A stretch of 64,000 nt of DNA from Callorhinchus milii (lineage: Eukaryota). Made by a program: the position numbers and the translations under genes. Below, piece after piece: positions 49,901 through 61,560 of the stretch. Location: positions 112,780,001-112,844,000 of the forward strand of contig NW_024704743.1 in assembly GCF_018977255.1 (NCBI RefSeq), in the 5' to 3' direction. Below the pieces are notes generated by a model. That model had not been told where the DNA came from. It worked only from the letters and a program-made list of their open reading frames with translations, and did not search any database. Each line of letters opens with the position of its first letter. Within the stretch, counting starts at the first letter, position 1.

Positions 49901-52095
49901 TATGATTACTGATTTTATGCCAACTTGCATTTGATCTAGGGCTTTTTACATCCAAAAGTACTTCATACAACAAGTTGTTTTGGAAATTTGTAAACTGAAT
50001 TTGATTACTTGCAACATTTTGCATGACTAATAACTGTAATATGATGTGAAGTATTCTGTCAGCTAATCAAATGTGGAATCTGCAGTGCTTACTGAACAGC
50101 TAAATAAAATGAGTGTTTCTAGGATGTAAAATGATCATATAAATTTTTTATGGCTGGGGTGATCTTATGAATTTGAAGTCTCTTGGCCTAAAATTCCGTC
50201 TGTTTTTAGACTGTATGAACATTTTGTTTTAAAATTAAAATTGCTCAGAATTGTGTAATATTCTTAAATTCAATCTCAATTTGGAAACCCACATTTAAAG
50301 ATTGTGGAAAACTGACTTCCAAATTCAGATGAATTTAAGAATTTTCCACAATATTGCGCAATCTTAAAATACGACAACATAAAACGTCTTCTGGGTGGAA
50401 TTCCAGGCTTCCTGTGTCCAATAAATGAAGTTTTCTTTCAAACAAGTTTGAAAGTTGCGAGAGATCAAGGAGGCACAGGAACCTTGGTTGTAGACAGAGG
50501 TTGTCATTTGTGGCTTTGACCAGAGCTTTCTCAGTGCTATGGATGGAGCGGAAAATTGATGGTCTCATAGAGAGATTGGTGGGCAAGGAAGGAGTGTAAT
50601 TCGTCAAAATAGTAAAGCCTTTATTTTATTAATGCTCGGGGGATGAGAGCTTTGTATCACAGAGCTATAGAATGTTAACACAATAGTGACCTCTGTTGGA
50701 CATACAAGAATATCCAAGAAATCTTCAGAAATCACTTTGTGTGTAGAGATCCTGAAGGATGTATCTTAGCTTTTTCAATTCAATTCCCATTAAACCACAG
50801 AAAAATAATAAATTATGTTGCAATTAGATGATTTTAAATTTAATGAAGAGGTGTGTTTACACTGCTAGTATTCTGTGCTCTAGCTGTAACTAATGCAGAT
50901 GTTATGTAATTTCTCTACCAACTCTTTTCCAACATAAGAGATTTCAAATGAACGGGAAGTCAGTGAGCAATGCATGCATGAATGTGTCTAATATGCAGCT
51001 CTGCTGATGTTGGACTGGTCAAAGAGAGCCTCACAAGCAAAGTTGCCCATTCTCACCATTCCCAGACATACTACAGAAGCAGCAGTTCTCAGTGTGTTTA
51101 ACTTTTCTTCATTCACGCAAGTGTTTGTGACAGTGTTGGAGAAAGTAATGCATTTCAACCGTTGCTATATATAAATGTAAGCTGAAAGGTAGTGTACTTG
51201 TAAAATTTAAACCTGTTAAAAATGTTGGAATAATTTTATAGTTGTAGTTTATTTTCATAGCTTGGCGTTTAGTTTATTTGTTCAACATTTGAAGTCTGGT
51301 TGAGAATCTACTGTGAAATGTGTGTTTCTGTTCTTATTTCTATTGTTACTGAAACCATTTGACTTGAATAGAAAGCAGATGACCTAGCAATTACTTTCAT
51401 TATTTTTTGTGTTTTGTGTCTAAGTTGTGTACTCAGGGGTTAACTATATATTGCTGCAAAGGGAGACTTTCAAATTATCAAAATGATACTTGGTTTCAAA
51501 TTATGGCTAGGTTTTTGAAGAAGAAGTAAATTGTAAGATGTGAAGAATAAGGAAAAACTGCATATTTACTCAGGTCCTCGACCACCCGTTGGAATCGGGG
51601 GAGATAGTGGAGCTAGCTTGTAGGAATTGGAGCCCACCTGAGCAAAGCAGAATATCTTTTTGTCCCGCTCAATCTTTCATTCATCTTTGGTTCCCATTTG
51701 TGAGTTTTAGATTAGGATCGAAAATTTTTAATTTTGTTAGAATATTTCTACATTATTTGCCACTGACATACCGATCAGCTTGGATTATTGGCTCGTGTTT
51801 ATACTGGTGGCGATTTCCACGTTTAATTTGGGTTTAAGCATAAATTAACAAAATTGCATTAATTTGAAAAAATCCAATTTATCCAATCCAATTAAATTTA
51901 TTATTGGCTATAGCATTGCCTTTAGTTATCTGTACTTCAGTATATTGTAGAGTCATTAAAGTAATAGATAAAGTTGAAGCAGAGTGAAGAACAAGTACAT
52001 TTCTAGGGAGACATTTTTTAATTTGGAGAGTCCACTATAATTATGCATTACTATGTATTTGCACATGGTATATTTGCTTAAAAGGTTGGCTACAG

Positions 52096-52226
52096 TTTCT
52101 TTCCAGGAAAACATGGCAAACCCCAAAGAGAAAACCCCAATGTGTCTGGTGAATGAGTTAGCCCGTTTCAACAGAATCCAGCCCCAATACAAGCTTCTGA
52201 ATGAAAGAGGGCCTGCCCATGCCAAG
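52096..52226 (+). CDS. STAU2: STAU2 exon, first half of dsRBD1
   Basis: ctacag|TT TCT TTC CAG GAA AAC ATG GCA AAC...GCC AAG|gtaata. Translates to (V)SFQENMANPKEKTPMCLVNELARFNRIQPQYKLLNERGPAHAK. The ATG at 52113 corresponds to the mammalian long-isoform start. Confidence 0.95.
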
Positions 52227-54155
52227 GTAATATTTCCAGTTACATGAAAAAAAGTTTCCATTGGAATTTTACAGTATGTCAAGAGTTGCTTCTCTTGACG
52301 CACTGTAATACCCAATGCGTCCAAGTTTAGTGTTTTGAGTCATAAAATTATCTTGACCTCATTATAATTGTTACGTATATAATAAAATTAGGGTGTGGTA
52401 AACCAGTGATCCTCTTATGACAGTGTGGCTTGATATGTCTTGAGTAATGCTTACTTATGAATCATAGAATTATATAGCACAGAAGGAGACCATTCAGCCC
52501 ATCGTGTTTGTGCCGGTATACTTGGTTACTGTGCTGGAATAAATGGTTTTATCCATGCATTTGTCAACTCCGCCTAGACACTTCCAATTGTCCTCCTCGC
52601 CCATTTCCCCAGGTGCACCATTCATAAAATCCAGTTTGTTCAAAATTCCGACATCCATATCTTCACCTGTACCAAACTCTGCTCCCCATCACCCAAGTTC
52701 TTGCCCGCTCCACTGGCTCCTTAATGCAGAACATATCAAATTAAAGATTATTGCACTCATGTACAAGTTACGTCATATGCTAGCACCTCCCTACCTCTCC
52801 GACCTTATTACACCTCACTCCTCTACCTGCCCCCCTCACTCAGCTCACGCATGTTCAGACTCAAGACTTTCCTTTTTGGCTTCCTACAGTCACCTTTACT
52901 CTCTCCCTGGCTTAGCATCAAGCTCTGCCCTGTTAAGCACTCTGATTCCCTACCCTGTACGAAGAATGCTATAAAAATGCAAGTTGTTGATTGAATAAAT
53001 CGTTGTCTTTCAATCTTGGAAGTGTGCTAATTTTTTTAATAGCTCACTTAATAATTTTAGGTTCCCCTTAAGTTATCTGCATCACTTTGCCTGAATTTTT
53101 TTATGAATCCTATTTATCGTTCCCCCAAAATAGAAAATTATGATTTGTCTGTCCATCTGTATATTATAAATGTTTTGCATCAACAAATTAAATACTTGTT
53201 CATCAGTCTCTATGTTTTTTAAAATGTCACAAAATTGTTAATCTTACTCAGGGAAGCTACAGAGTAGTTGGTATCAGAAATGGAAAATATTACATTATTG
53301 CATGATTCAGGTGGGGATCTCTGAGGGAGCAATGTAACTAGAGTGCAGCTATTCTTTGCATCAAATCTTAAAGTTCCTGTGAAGATTCTGTGCCACTAAA
53401 GAGAAGGGATTTTCTCCTGGTCAACATTCCCCAAATAAAATTCGCCATTCAGTTCAAGACTGTTTGTCAGATATTGGTATATGCAAATTGCTTGCTACAT
53501 TTTAGTAGCCTTGAAATGATCAGAATACTGTGATTCTAAACCAGAACTTCTGGTGATAGGGACGCCATAGATGGTGTCAGAATGTTTGGATTGACGTGCT
53601 GGGATATGGTTCCATTGACACTGGTCTCTTGCACAAATGGTCATTCTTCATCTATTGGACTAGATTGTATTGCCAACAAACTACATTACCTCTTCCATCA
53701 TCCTGGCTGAGATTGTTAAACAGACTGGGGTTGATCTAGGAAATTCCTCTCTATGCTGATCTTGAACAGTCCCTTTTTTATCTGAGCCTACAGTTTTAAA
53801 TGATTGAAAAACAGTTATTTATGTCTACATAGGGAATGGTGAAGACAAATGCATTTTTGTTATGACTGCTTAATGAAACCTGTCTACTTTAAATATACAG
53901 TATATATAAAAAATCTTGTTTAAGGCTATAACTAATTATAGCTTTGGTTTGTTAGGTTGAGGACATTCTTAGAGAAAGCATTTGAAGAAATTGAAGATTT
54001 GGAGAGACTGTATGGTATAATAATGTATGCAGTTTTTCATTAATAGTACATTGAAAATATACCTGTGGTTTTACTAACCTTTGTTTTGGAGAAAATAAAT
54101 CAAATCAAGTGGTTCTGTTTTTACTTTTGTGTGATTTGTTTCTTTTCCCCCATAG

Positions 54156-54315
54156 ATTTTCACTGTGCAGTTGACCCTTGGAGAGCAGACTTGGGAAGCT
54201 GAAGGTAGTAGCATTAAAAAAGGTCAACATGCTGCTGCAGCCAAAGCATTGAGTGAAACAAATCTCCCAAAACCAACTCCACGGCCACCAAAAGCAAATA
54301 TGAATAATAATCCAG
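54156..54315 (+). CDS. STAU2: STAU2 exon, second half of dsRBD1 plus linker
   Basis: ccccatag|ATT TTC ACT...AAT CCA G|gtactg. Translates to IFTVQLTLGEQTWEAEGSSIKKGQHAAAAKALSETNLPKPTPRPPKANMNNNP. 160 nt. Confidence 0.96.
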
Positions 54316-54765
54316 GTACTGGGCATTTCATGTTGTTGTGTTGATTATTTCCTTTAAACAGTAATTAGATAAACTTCTGGTTGGAATTTTTTTTGAACAT
54401 ATAGGAATCTTTTATTGGTCATTCGGGTGTCTGACATGTGGAAACCCATGCCTATCAGCATGCTTAACAGATCCAACCTCTTTGCAGAAATGCATCTTAA
54501 CCATCTTCAATCTTGCTATTTAAATTTACTACTTCTGCAGACATATTTGCAGACTCCAGGCCATAAGACACCATTGGAAGTATCTCACTTATTCCATTTC
54601 AATCGGTAATGATAGTATAAATGGGTTAAGATGCATTTCTGTAAAGAAAAGGCTTTAGGGATTCTAATGAGAAAACTGATTTTTTTTGAAAAAAAGGACA
54701 GGCTTATTAGACTTAATGATCTTTCCCCATTTCCTCCCCCCCCCCCCCCCGTGTATTTGGTAATA

Positions 54766-55338
54766 CAGATAAACTTGAATAAGTTATATCATTTGGGACC
54801 ATAACATTTAATATGACTTATGTGAGGTACAAGTTACGGGTAAACTCGAGTAAATTGTATTGACCGATTTAATACGACTTATGCAAAGTTAAGTGACATG
54901 ATAACGGGTCAAGAGTTTGTTTCCTGTGCATGGTTCAAACCCAGCGCTAAGTACATATGTAGTACTTCATCACTACAGCCGATAAATGTGCGTCCGGGCC
55001 TTCATCAATATGGCCAGTAATTGCGCTTGCGGTACTTCATCAACACAACTGGTATGCAGATGGTACTTTATCAATACAACTGTTAAGCGCTCATGCAGAA
55101 CTTCATCAACGCAGCCAACAAATGCCATAACGGCCATACGAGTTAGGAGATGATTTACATTGGCATTCAGGATTATTTGAAACCAAGAAACTGTTATGAC
55201 TCAGTTGTTTATCCGACTTGTAAAATACGACTAGTGCAAAGAAATTAAGTGGCTTTTCATAGGAAAATGAATGGGCTCTGGTTCATGTACTAGGCAATTA
55301 TACAATTTGTAACGATAATACTTATGTGAGTTTACCTG
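54766..55338. mobile_element. Tc1/mariner (Tigger-like) MITE with TA target-site duplication
   Basis: TA|CAGATAAACTTGAATAAGT...ACTTATGTGAGTTTACCTG|TA imperfect TIRs; internal ~35-bp tandem units at 54960-55130. Confidence 0.72.
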
Positions 55339-55442
55339 TATATTTTACATTTAAGTGGAGCAATAGCAGTTGTGAAATCTAAACGAGAGTGATGTAGAGT
55401 TTTCTTTTCAATTCTATGTGAACATTTTGTTTTGTGTTTCAG

Positions 55443-55578
55443 GAAGCATAACGCCTACCGTAGAGCTAAATGGTCTTGCAATGAAGAGGGGCGAGCCTGC
55501 TATTTACAGACCTTTAGATCCGAAACCAATGCCCAACTACAGAGCTAATTATAACTTCAAGGGCATGTACAATCAAAG
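55443..55578 (+). CDS. STAU2: STAU2 exon, N-terminal half of split dsRBD2 with Pro-rich insert
   Basis: tgtttcag|GA AGC ATA...CAA AG|gttagt. Translates to GSITPTVELNGLAMKRGEPAIYRPLDPKPMPNYRANYNFKGMYNQR. 136 nt. The next exon was not found before 64000. Confidence 0.96.
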
Positions 55579-55802
55579 GTTAGTCTTGGAAAATTCTTAC
55601 TAGTAAATCTCATTGTTAATTATAATTTTTTAAACTCAATCACAATATGGGAACAAACAACAACAAGAGTGCAGGTGTCTTTCGCAGTTACATATGATAC
55701 CTGATAGGTTGAGTCCATGCCTAAGAAAATCAGAAATTCAAAACCAGAAATAAACAGTCTATTAAACTGTTTACGTTGTTGTGCAAGATTGACTCCTAAA
55801 AT

Positions 55803-57145
55803 TCATAGATTCATAGAAGGTATAGCCCAGAAACAGGCCAACTGACCCATCCAATCTGGCCAGTGTTTATACTCCACATGAGCACCGCTTCCTAAATCTG
55901 TATTCAGGACTTTGTTTACCCTCAACCATGTATCTATGCGTTTTTTGAATGTACACGTGGTTCCGGCCCAACATCTCTGTCCAAGGATGCATGCTCCCAT
56001 CTTACTAAGCCAGTCCGGAACCTTGGCGTCTTGTTTGACCCTCAACTATCCTTCCTACCTCACATCCGTGCCACATCCCGCTCTGCCTTCTCCCACCTCC
56101 ACAACATTGCCAGGCTCCACCACTGTCTCACACCGCAGGCCGCCGAGACCCTCATACGTGCATTCATAACATCCAGGCTCGACTATGAAAACGCCCTGCT
56201 TGTAAGCCTCCCCAACTCCTCCCTCCACAGGCTGTGGATCATCCAGAACTCTGCAGCCCATGTCCACTCCCGCAATAGGCTCCGCCACTCTTACCACTCC
56301 ATCCTCGTCCGACTCCACTGACTTCCCATCACATAGAGGATACAGTTCAAGATCCTGGTCCTCACCTTTAAAACCCTCCATGGCCTTGTTCTCCACTACC
56401 TCTGCGACCTTCTAACCCCCTACCAAGCTTCCCTCCGCTCAACCGGCTCCAGCCTGCTTTACGTCCCCCGCCTCACCCGCCCCACTATTGGCGGACGGGC
56501 CTTCTGCCATTCTGGTCCCACCCTCTGGAACTCCATCCCGCAGTCCCTCTGCCTCACCCCTTCCCTTGCCTCCTTCAAGACCCGTCTCAAGACCCTCATC
56601 TTCGATTGTGCTTTCGGTCACCATTTCCCCCCCCTGCCCTCGACCCTCTCCAATCCCGACCTCTAGCTCAGGTCTGAAACACTGATTGTCCAGCTCCTTC
56701 GGATGTCTTCCTGATGTGAAAGGTGCTACACAAGTGTAATTTTGTTGTTGTTGTTGGTAGAGAATTCCACACTCTGTGAAAATGTTCCTCCTAATCTCTG
56801 TTCTGGACCTCCCAGTTATGATTTTAACAACAACAACAAAATTACATTTGTATAGTGCCTTTCACGTTGGGAGGACATCGATCATCCAACTATGTTCTTG
56901 ACCCCTTGACCGATGGAAATAATCTTTTCCTGTCCACCCTATCTAAGCCTCCCATTATGTACCTCTACCTCTCCCATTATATAACCCCTCAGCCTCCTGA
57001 TCGCCAAGGAAAAAAGCAGTCCATCAAACCTTTTCCAATAACTGTATTTCCTCATTATGGCCAACATCCTGGTGAATCTCCTCTGCACTGCCTCCAGTGT
57101 TTTTTCATTTTCGTATAATGAGCAGCCCAAAACCGCACAGTATAT
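55803..57145 (-). mobile_element. CR1 3' fragment interrupted by L2 (+, ~55985-56755) and an L2 tail (-, ~56826-56880)
   Basis: Minus ORF contains LEAVQRRFTRML...FSLAIRRLRG. CR1 tail CATAGATTCATAGAA at 55803. The L2 insert has FITSRLDYENALL. Confidence 0.85.
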
Positions 57146-57909
57146 TCAGACCAACATTCTGTTTCACAACCTTGATCGAGTAGTGGTTGGTGAGCTGAGT
57201 TATCGGGAAAAGGAGGATATCTTCTGAATATATATCCCTAAATCTAGTGGTGTATTGCTCAAGTCTGAGGGGCATTTAAAATTATATGTGCGAGTCTCAT
57301 TTTTGATTGCGTAAGGACTGTTGCATGTTTAGAAAGGGGAACCTGATCTCTTGGAATTTCTCCTGCATAACGTGAAGTCTGCAAATAATGTTTCCAGAAA
57401 TTTACATTACTTTTAACATGGGAATTATTTTGTTTGGTTAAATTTCGGTTATAATATTAATTATTGTACAGCCTACTAATTTAGATCTGTGGATTGTATC
57501 AAGGATTTGAAATCAATAGTTGTTTATATAAGTCTTCATTTTTACCCAAGACCAAATTTATAGTAAGTTTCTACACTGAACAATGAGGAATATGATTGCT
57601 TTTACAAAATGCTGCTTCAAAATAGGTTTATCTTTTCTGTTTTTATAGTTTGCTATCTAACATTTTATCAAAATTATTAAAACATGTAAGGATTACGTAG
57701 CCAATTCTTCCTCACCACTCTTTGTGCAGCCCTGGGTGACTACCACATAACTTTCCTTGCTTTGTGTAATTGCAAGGTCAAATCTGTGTTGAATGCTTTC
57801 TTCAAAAGCAGTTTGAACTATAGCAAGGCATCTGCATATTCACAAGTGATATTTCTGTTGTTGCTCCATGGATAATGACTGCAGTTTATAATCCCCTCTC
57901 AAGTTTAAC

Positions 57910-58280
57910 AATAATAATAATAATCCTTGCATTTGATATCACGCTTTATCAAGTCTTCATGATACCTCAAAGCACATCATAAAATTCACTATAAAGTGAA
58001 TTGACTATTTTGTGGGCGAAATACACTGTACACTGCACAGCAGTGTCCCACAAACAATCGTGGATTGAGTTACCATATTATTATTTTTTTGGGGAAGGAT
58101 TATTACCACCGGAAATAGGATCCGCCAGTCAACTAACAAACGGTTTCCTACCTACTGCTAGGTAAACAGAGGCGTGTAGAATAAGTAAACTCGCCTAAAG
58201 TTTCGCCCTGACCTGGAATCAAACCTAGGTACTCTCGTTTGCGAGGCGAGTGCTCTAACCACTAAGCTACAGGACTACCA
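57910..58280 (-). mobile_element. Full-length SINE, long subfamily
   Basis: Tail, CTGCTAGGTAAACAGAGGCGTG segment and head all present. Confidence 0.9.
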
Positions 58281-59294
58281 ATTGAGGGGAGGGGAAGAGG
58301 TGTGAGCCTAACAATAATAGGTGGCACCATTTCTTCCCTGGTTATAATCTGCCCCCACCCCTGTAAACGTCATGGGTGTAACATTTTCCAGTGCTATTGG
58401 AAGAGGTTTCAATGTATAGTTCAAGAAAAGTGAGTCATCTTACTCATTTAGCATCTCCCTTTAATTTGAAAGAACAAAAATATAAGGGGGAAGAGGGGAA
58501 GAATGCTAAAGGTAATTTAAGAACAAGGTCTATCCACCAGCTCAATGAGTCAAACCTTGGGATGAAGCAGGACTTTCCTGAAGAAATGATCCAAATGTTT
58601 CTACATGCTTCATATTTTCTGGCATCATCCTTCTGTCATTCTACCTGGATATCAATGGTGATACTCTGACACTGATATTATTACTTGAGCATCAGTCTAA
58701 TAGGGTTTGTAACTGACTAGACGTTTTTTGTGCCAGAAATTCCAATGGAGGTAAACCTGGCAGTTTATGGGATGTAGTCTAAATTTCGAGTAAACGAGCC
58801 AGTTGGGGAGTTGTCACATCACCAGGTTTCTCCTCTCTTCCCGAATTCAGTCATTTTTTCTCAGCACCTACAAACTAGAGAACTGCAGACAGCACTGTGT
58901 CAAACAGGAGCTGATGAGGTACACAAACTGTTGCTTTTTTTTTGCACGCCATAGAAAACTACTACTAAATTAATTCATAGTGAAAGAAATGATTAAGATT
59001 GTAACACTGTCACAAGCAATTCATGGAATACAGCCATGCATCTCAGAGATGCATAGTTTCACATCAGGATTGATGAAGTGTGGTGAGAACGAATACAGGG
59101 TGCTCCTGTTTGACACAGTGCTGAATGCAGAACTTCTCAGACTGAGACATCTACATGTGAGAATATGTTGGCCGATCCTTTTTGGAGAGATTAAGGTCAG
59201 CTACAGTCAGTGCAAGACCTGTTCTTCATGGGAGTCTGTTTCCTGACTTCCTGAGTTATGATTAAATTTCCACAGTAGTGGTTCGGGGTAATTC

Positions 59295-59617
59295 AAATAA
59301 TAATAATAATAATAATCCTGGCATTTGATATAGCGCTTTTCACGTCGGGAGTACGTCCCAAAGCGCTTCACAGAACACACTGTAAAGTGAATTGACTGTA
59401 TATTTGTGGGCGAACGCAGCAGCCAATTGCGCACAGCAATGTCCCACAAACAGTCGTAGATTGAAAATGACCAATTTTATTATTGTTTTTTTTTTGAGAG
59501 ATTATTATTAGGCGTGTGGAGTAAGGAAATTTGCCCGAGGTTTCGCCCTGCCTGGAATTGAACTCAGGTCTCTCGCTTGCAAAGCGAGTGCTCTAACCAC
59601 TGAGCTACAGGACTCCA
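59295..59617 (-). mobile_element. Full-length young SINE
   Basis: Intact head with a perfect anticodon arm CTCGC-TTTGCAA-GCGAG; (ATT)n tail. Confidence 0.95.
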
Positions 59618-60394
59618 AATCTAATATACATATGAATCCTGGGAATAATGACTTCAGCCGTACAAAGATTGTTGCAGCTAAGGTTGGCTTGCTGAACAGT
59701 CAATGTCATTTTTCATTATCCAAAGAAGTCTTGATTGACAAGTAGGTGACAAGTACCCTAAAGTGATAGTTTAAAGAACAAAACATTATGTGGCTTGTGA
59801 TTGCAGTCTCTTTTAATTTTCTGACCTCTGTCTGATGCCTCCTTTGTATTTCCTGGATTTATAACCCTTCAAAGGGGGCGTTTCCATCAAAAGCCACATT
59901 GAAAGGTTATAAATCTAGATAGTATAAACCCACCCATTCTGCACCGAGCATTTAAGCAAATTCAATGATTCAACAAACTGGCTAGCCTTACTTCTGAAGC
60001 AAATCAATACAATTCTAGATATGAGGTGTCTAACATAGGGTGGGCTCAGTGCTTCTCTTGTTCAACAACTCACAGGGTATTGTGTCAGATATAGAGAGCA
60101 GGGACAAGGAATTAGTCCATGAATGGAACCTTCTTCACTAAATAGTTCATATAATCTTTTACAGCACGTCTCTTGAAAGGACCAGCTTAACCAAACAGTT
60201 TTTTTTAATTCCAGTAGTTTGTGTTCTTGATATTTAGTTGTGAATGCTGAAAACACGGACTGGAAATGTACTTGAAATTGGTTATTTTGGGCCTCTTTCC
60301 TCCATTAAAAAGAAGAGTTCACATGACAGCTGCATCACCTTTCAGATATGAACCAGGCTCAGAGAATAGTGCTCTGAAGGTTGGTTCTTTGGAC

Positions 60395-60690
60395 TCAGTC
60401 TAGTGCAGTGTAGGGGGAGTGTTTCATTGTTGGAGATGTCATGCTTCAGATGAGACCTAAAATCAAAGTCTCATCTGCCTGTTTAGATCAACGTTGTCCT
60501 ATGTCTTGGCCAACATCCCACAGATAAATACGTGATTCACTTCATGGCTATTTGTTGGGACATTACTGAAAATTGGCTGCTGCATTCGCCTACAAGTGCA
60601 GTCATTACACATTGCAGAAAACAAATGTTGCAAGATGCATTTAGATATTTCAACATAAAGCTCTATATTAAATACAAGTATTGCAATGTT
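60395..60690 (+). mobile_element. Old Deu-type SINE, 5'-truncated
   Basis: TAGTGCAGTGTAGGGGGAGTG...GGAGATGTCATGCTTCAGATGAGACCTAAA...AAATTGGCTGCTGCATTCGCC. Confidence 0.7.
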
Positions 60691-61221
60691 ATGGACTATT
60701 GGCATACTGTATGGTTGTGAAAACTGGTGACCATATTTTTTGAAATATGAGATCACACTTTTCATTTCCTGGTTCTTCCCTGAGTGAGCTGAAGCTAGAA
60801 CTGTTTGATCTCATGGCTTTGTATACTCCTGAATTTCTTGCATTTATATTGCCACCCTTTATTTTTACATTGAGGGTTTAGAGAAGCACCGTGTTAATGT
60901 ACAGAGGTTTTGCTTTCGACTTGGATGAAATCCAAATTATTTGCAGTAAGAGGAAGCTATTCGATCCTAGGAATGGATAAAATCATAGGTAAACAAGTCC
61001 CTGAATAGAGATTGAGTTTAATTGCCTCTCCTTGTTTTATTCCCTGCCCCTTAAGGGTATGGAGCATTCTATTCATATTGGTTCATTTAATAGGGCAAAA
61101 TATGAACATTCCGTTTCGTATTAGTATATTCTGTGCTTTAACAGAGCATTTTTATTTGACTGACGGTTGAGGATCAGAAGAGCTTTAACATTGGAGTGCT
61201 AAAAGCTGCCCTGATTACTGA

Positions 61222-61560
61222 ACAATAATAATAATCCTTGCATTTGATATAGTGCCTTATCACGTCTTAGAGACATCCCAATTGGTTTCACAGAATATAC
61301 TGTAAAGTGAATTGACTATATTTTGGGGCAAAACACCCACAGAATATACAGTAACCCACTGCCACTTTCTCTCGTCTCCTTCAAGTCCCGTCTGAAGACC
61401 TTCCTCTTCGACTGTGCCTTTGGCCACCCCCAAACCCCCTGCCCTCCTACCCATCTGACCCCAACTCCCAGTTCGGGTCCAAAACCCCTGATTGTCTGGC
61501 ACTCTGGGACGTCTTTCCGATGTGAAAGGCACTATACAAGTGTAATTTGTTGTTGTTTCT
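61222..61560. mobile_element. SINE tail (-, 61222-61345) next to an L2 3' end (+, 61350-61560)
   Basis: Characteristic tails of both families. Confidence 0.8.

Noticed and set aside
54960..55130. Regularly spaced short repeats suggestive of a CRISPR-like array
   Set aside because: Units are diverged tandem copies without unique spacers, inside a eukaryotic MITE.
58911..58930. CTGATGAG as a second hammerhead core
   Set aside because: No stem II followed by GAAA in the required spacing.
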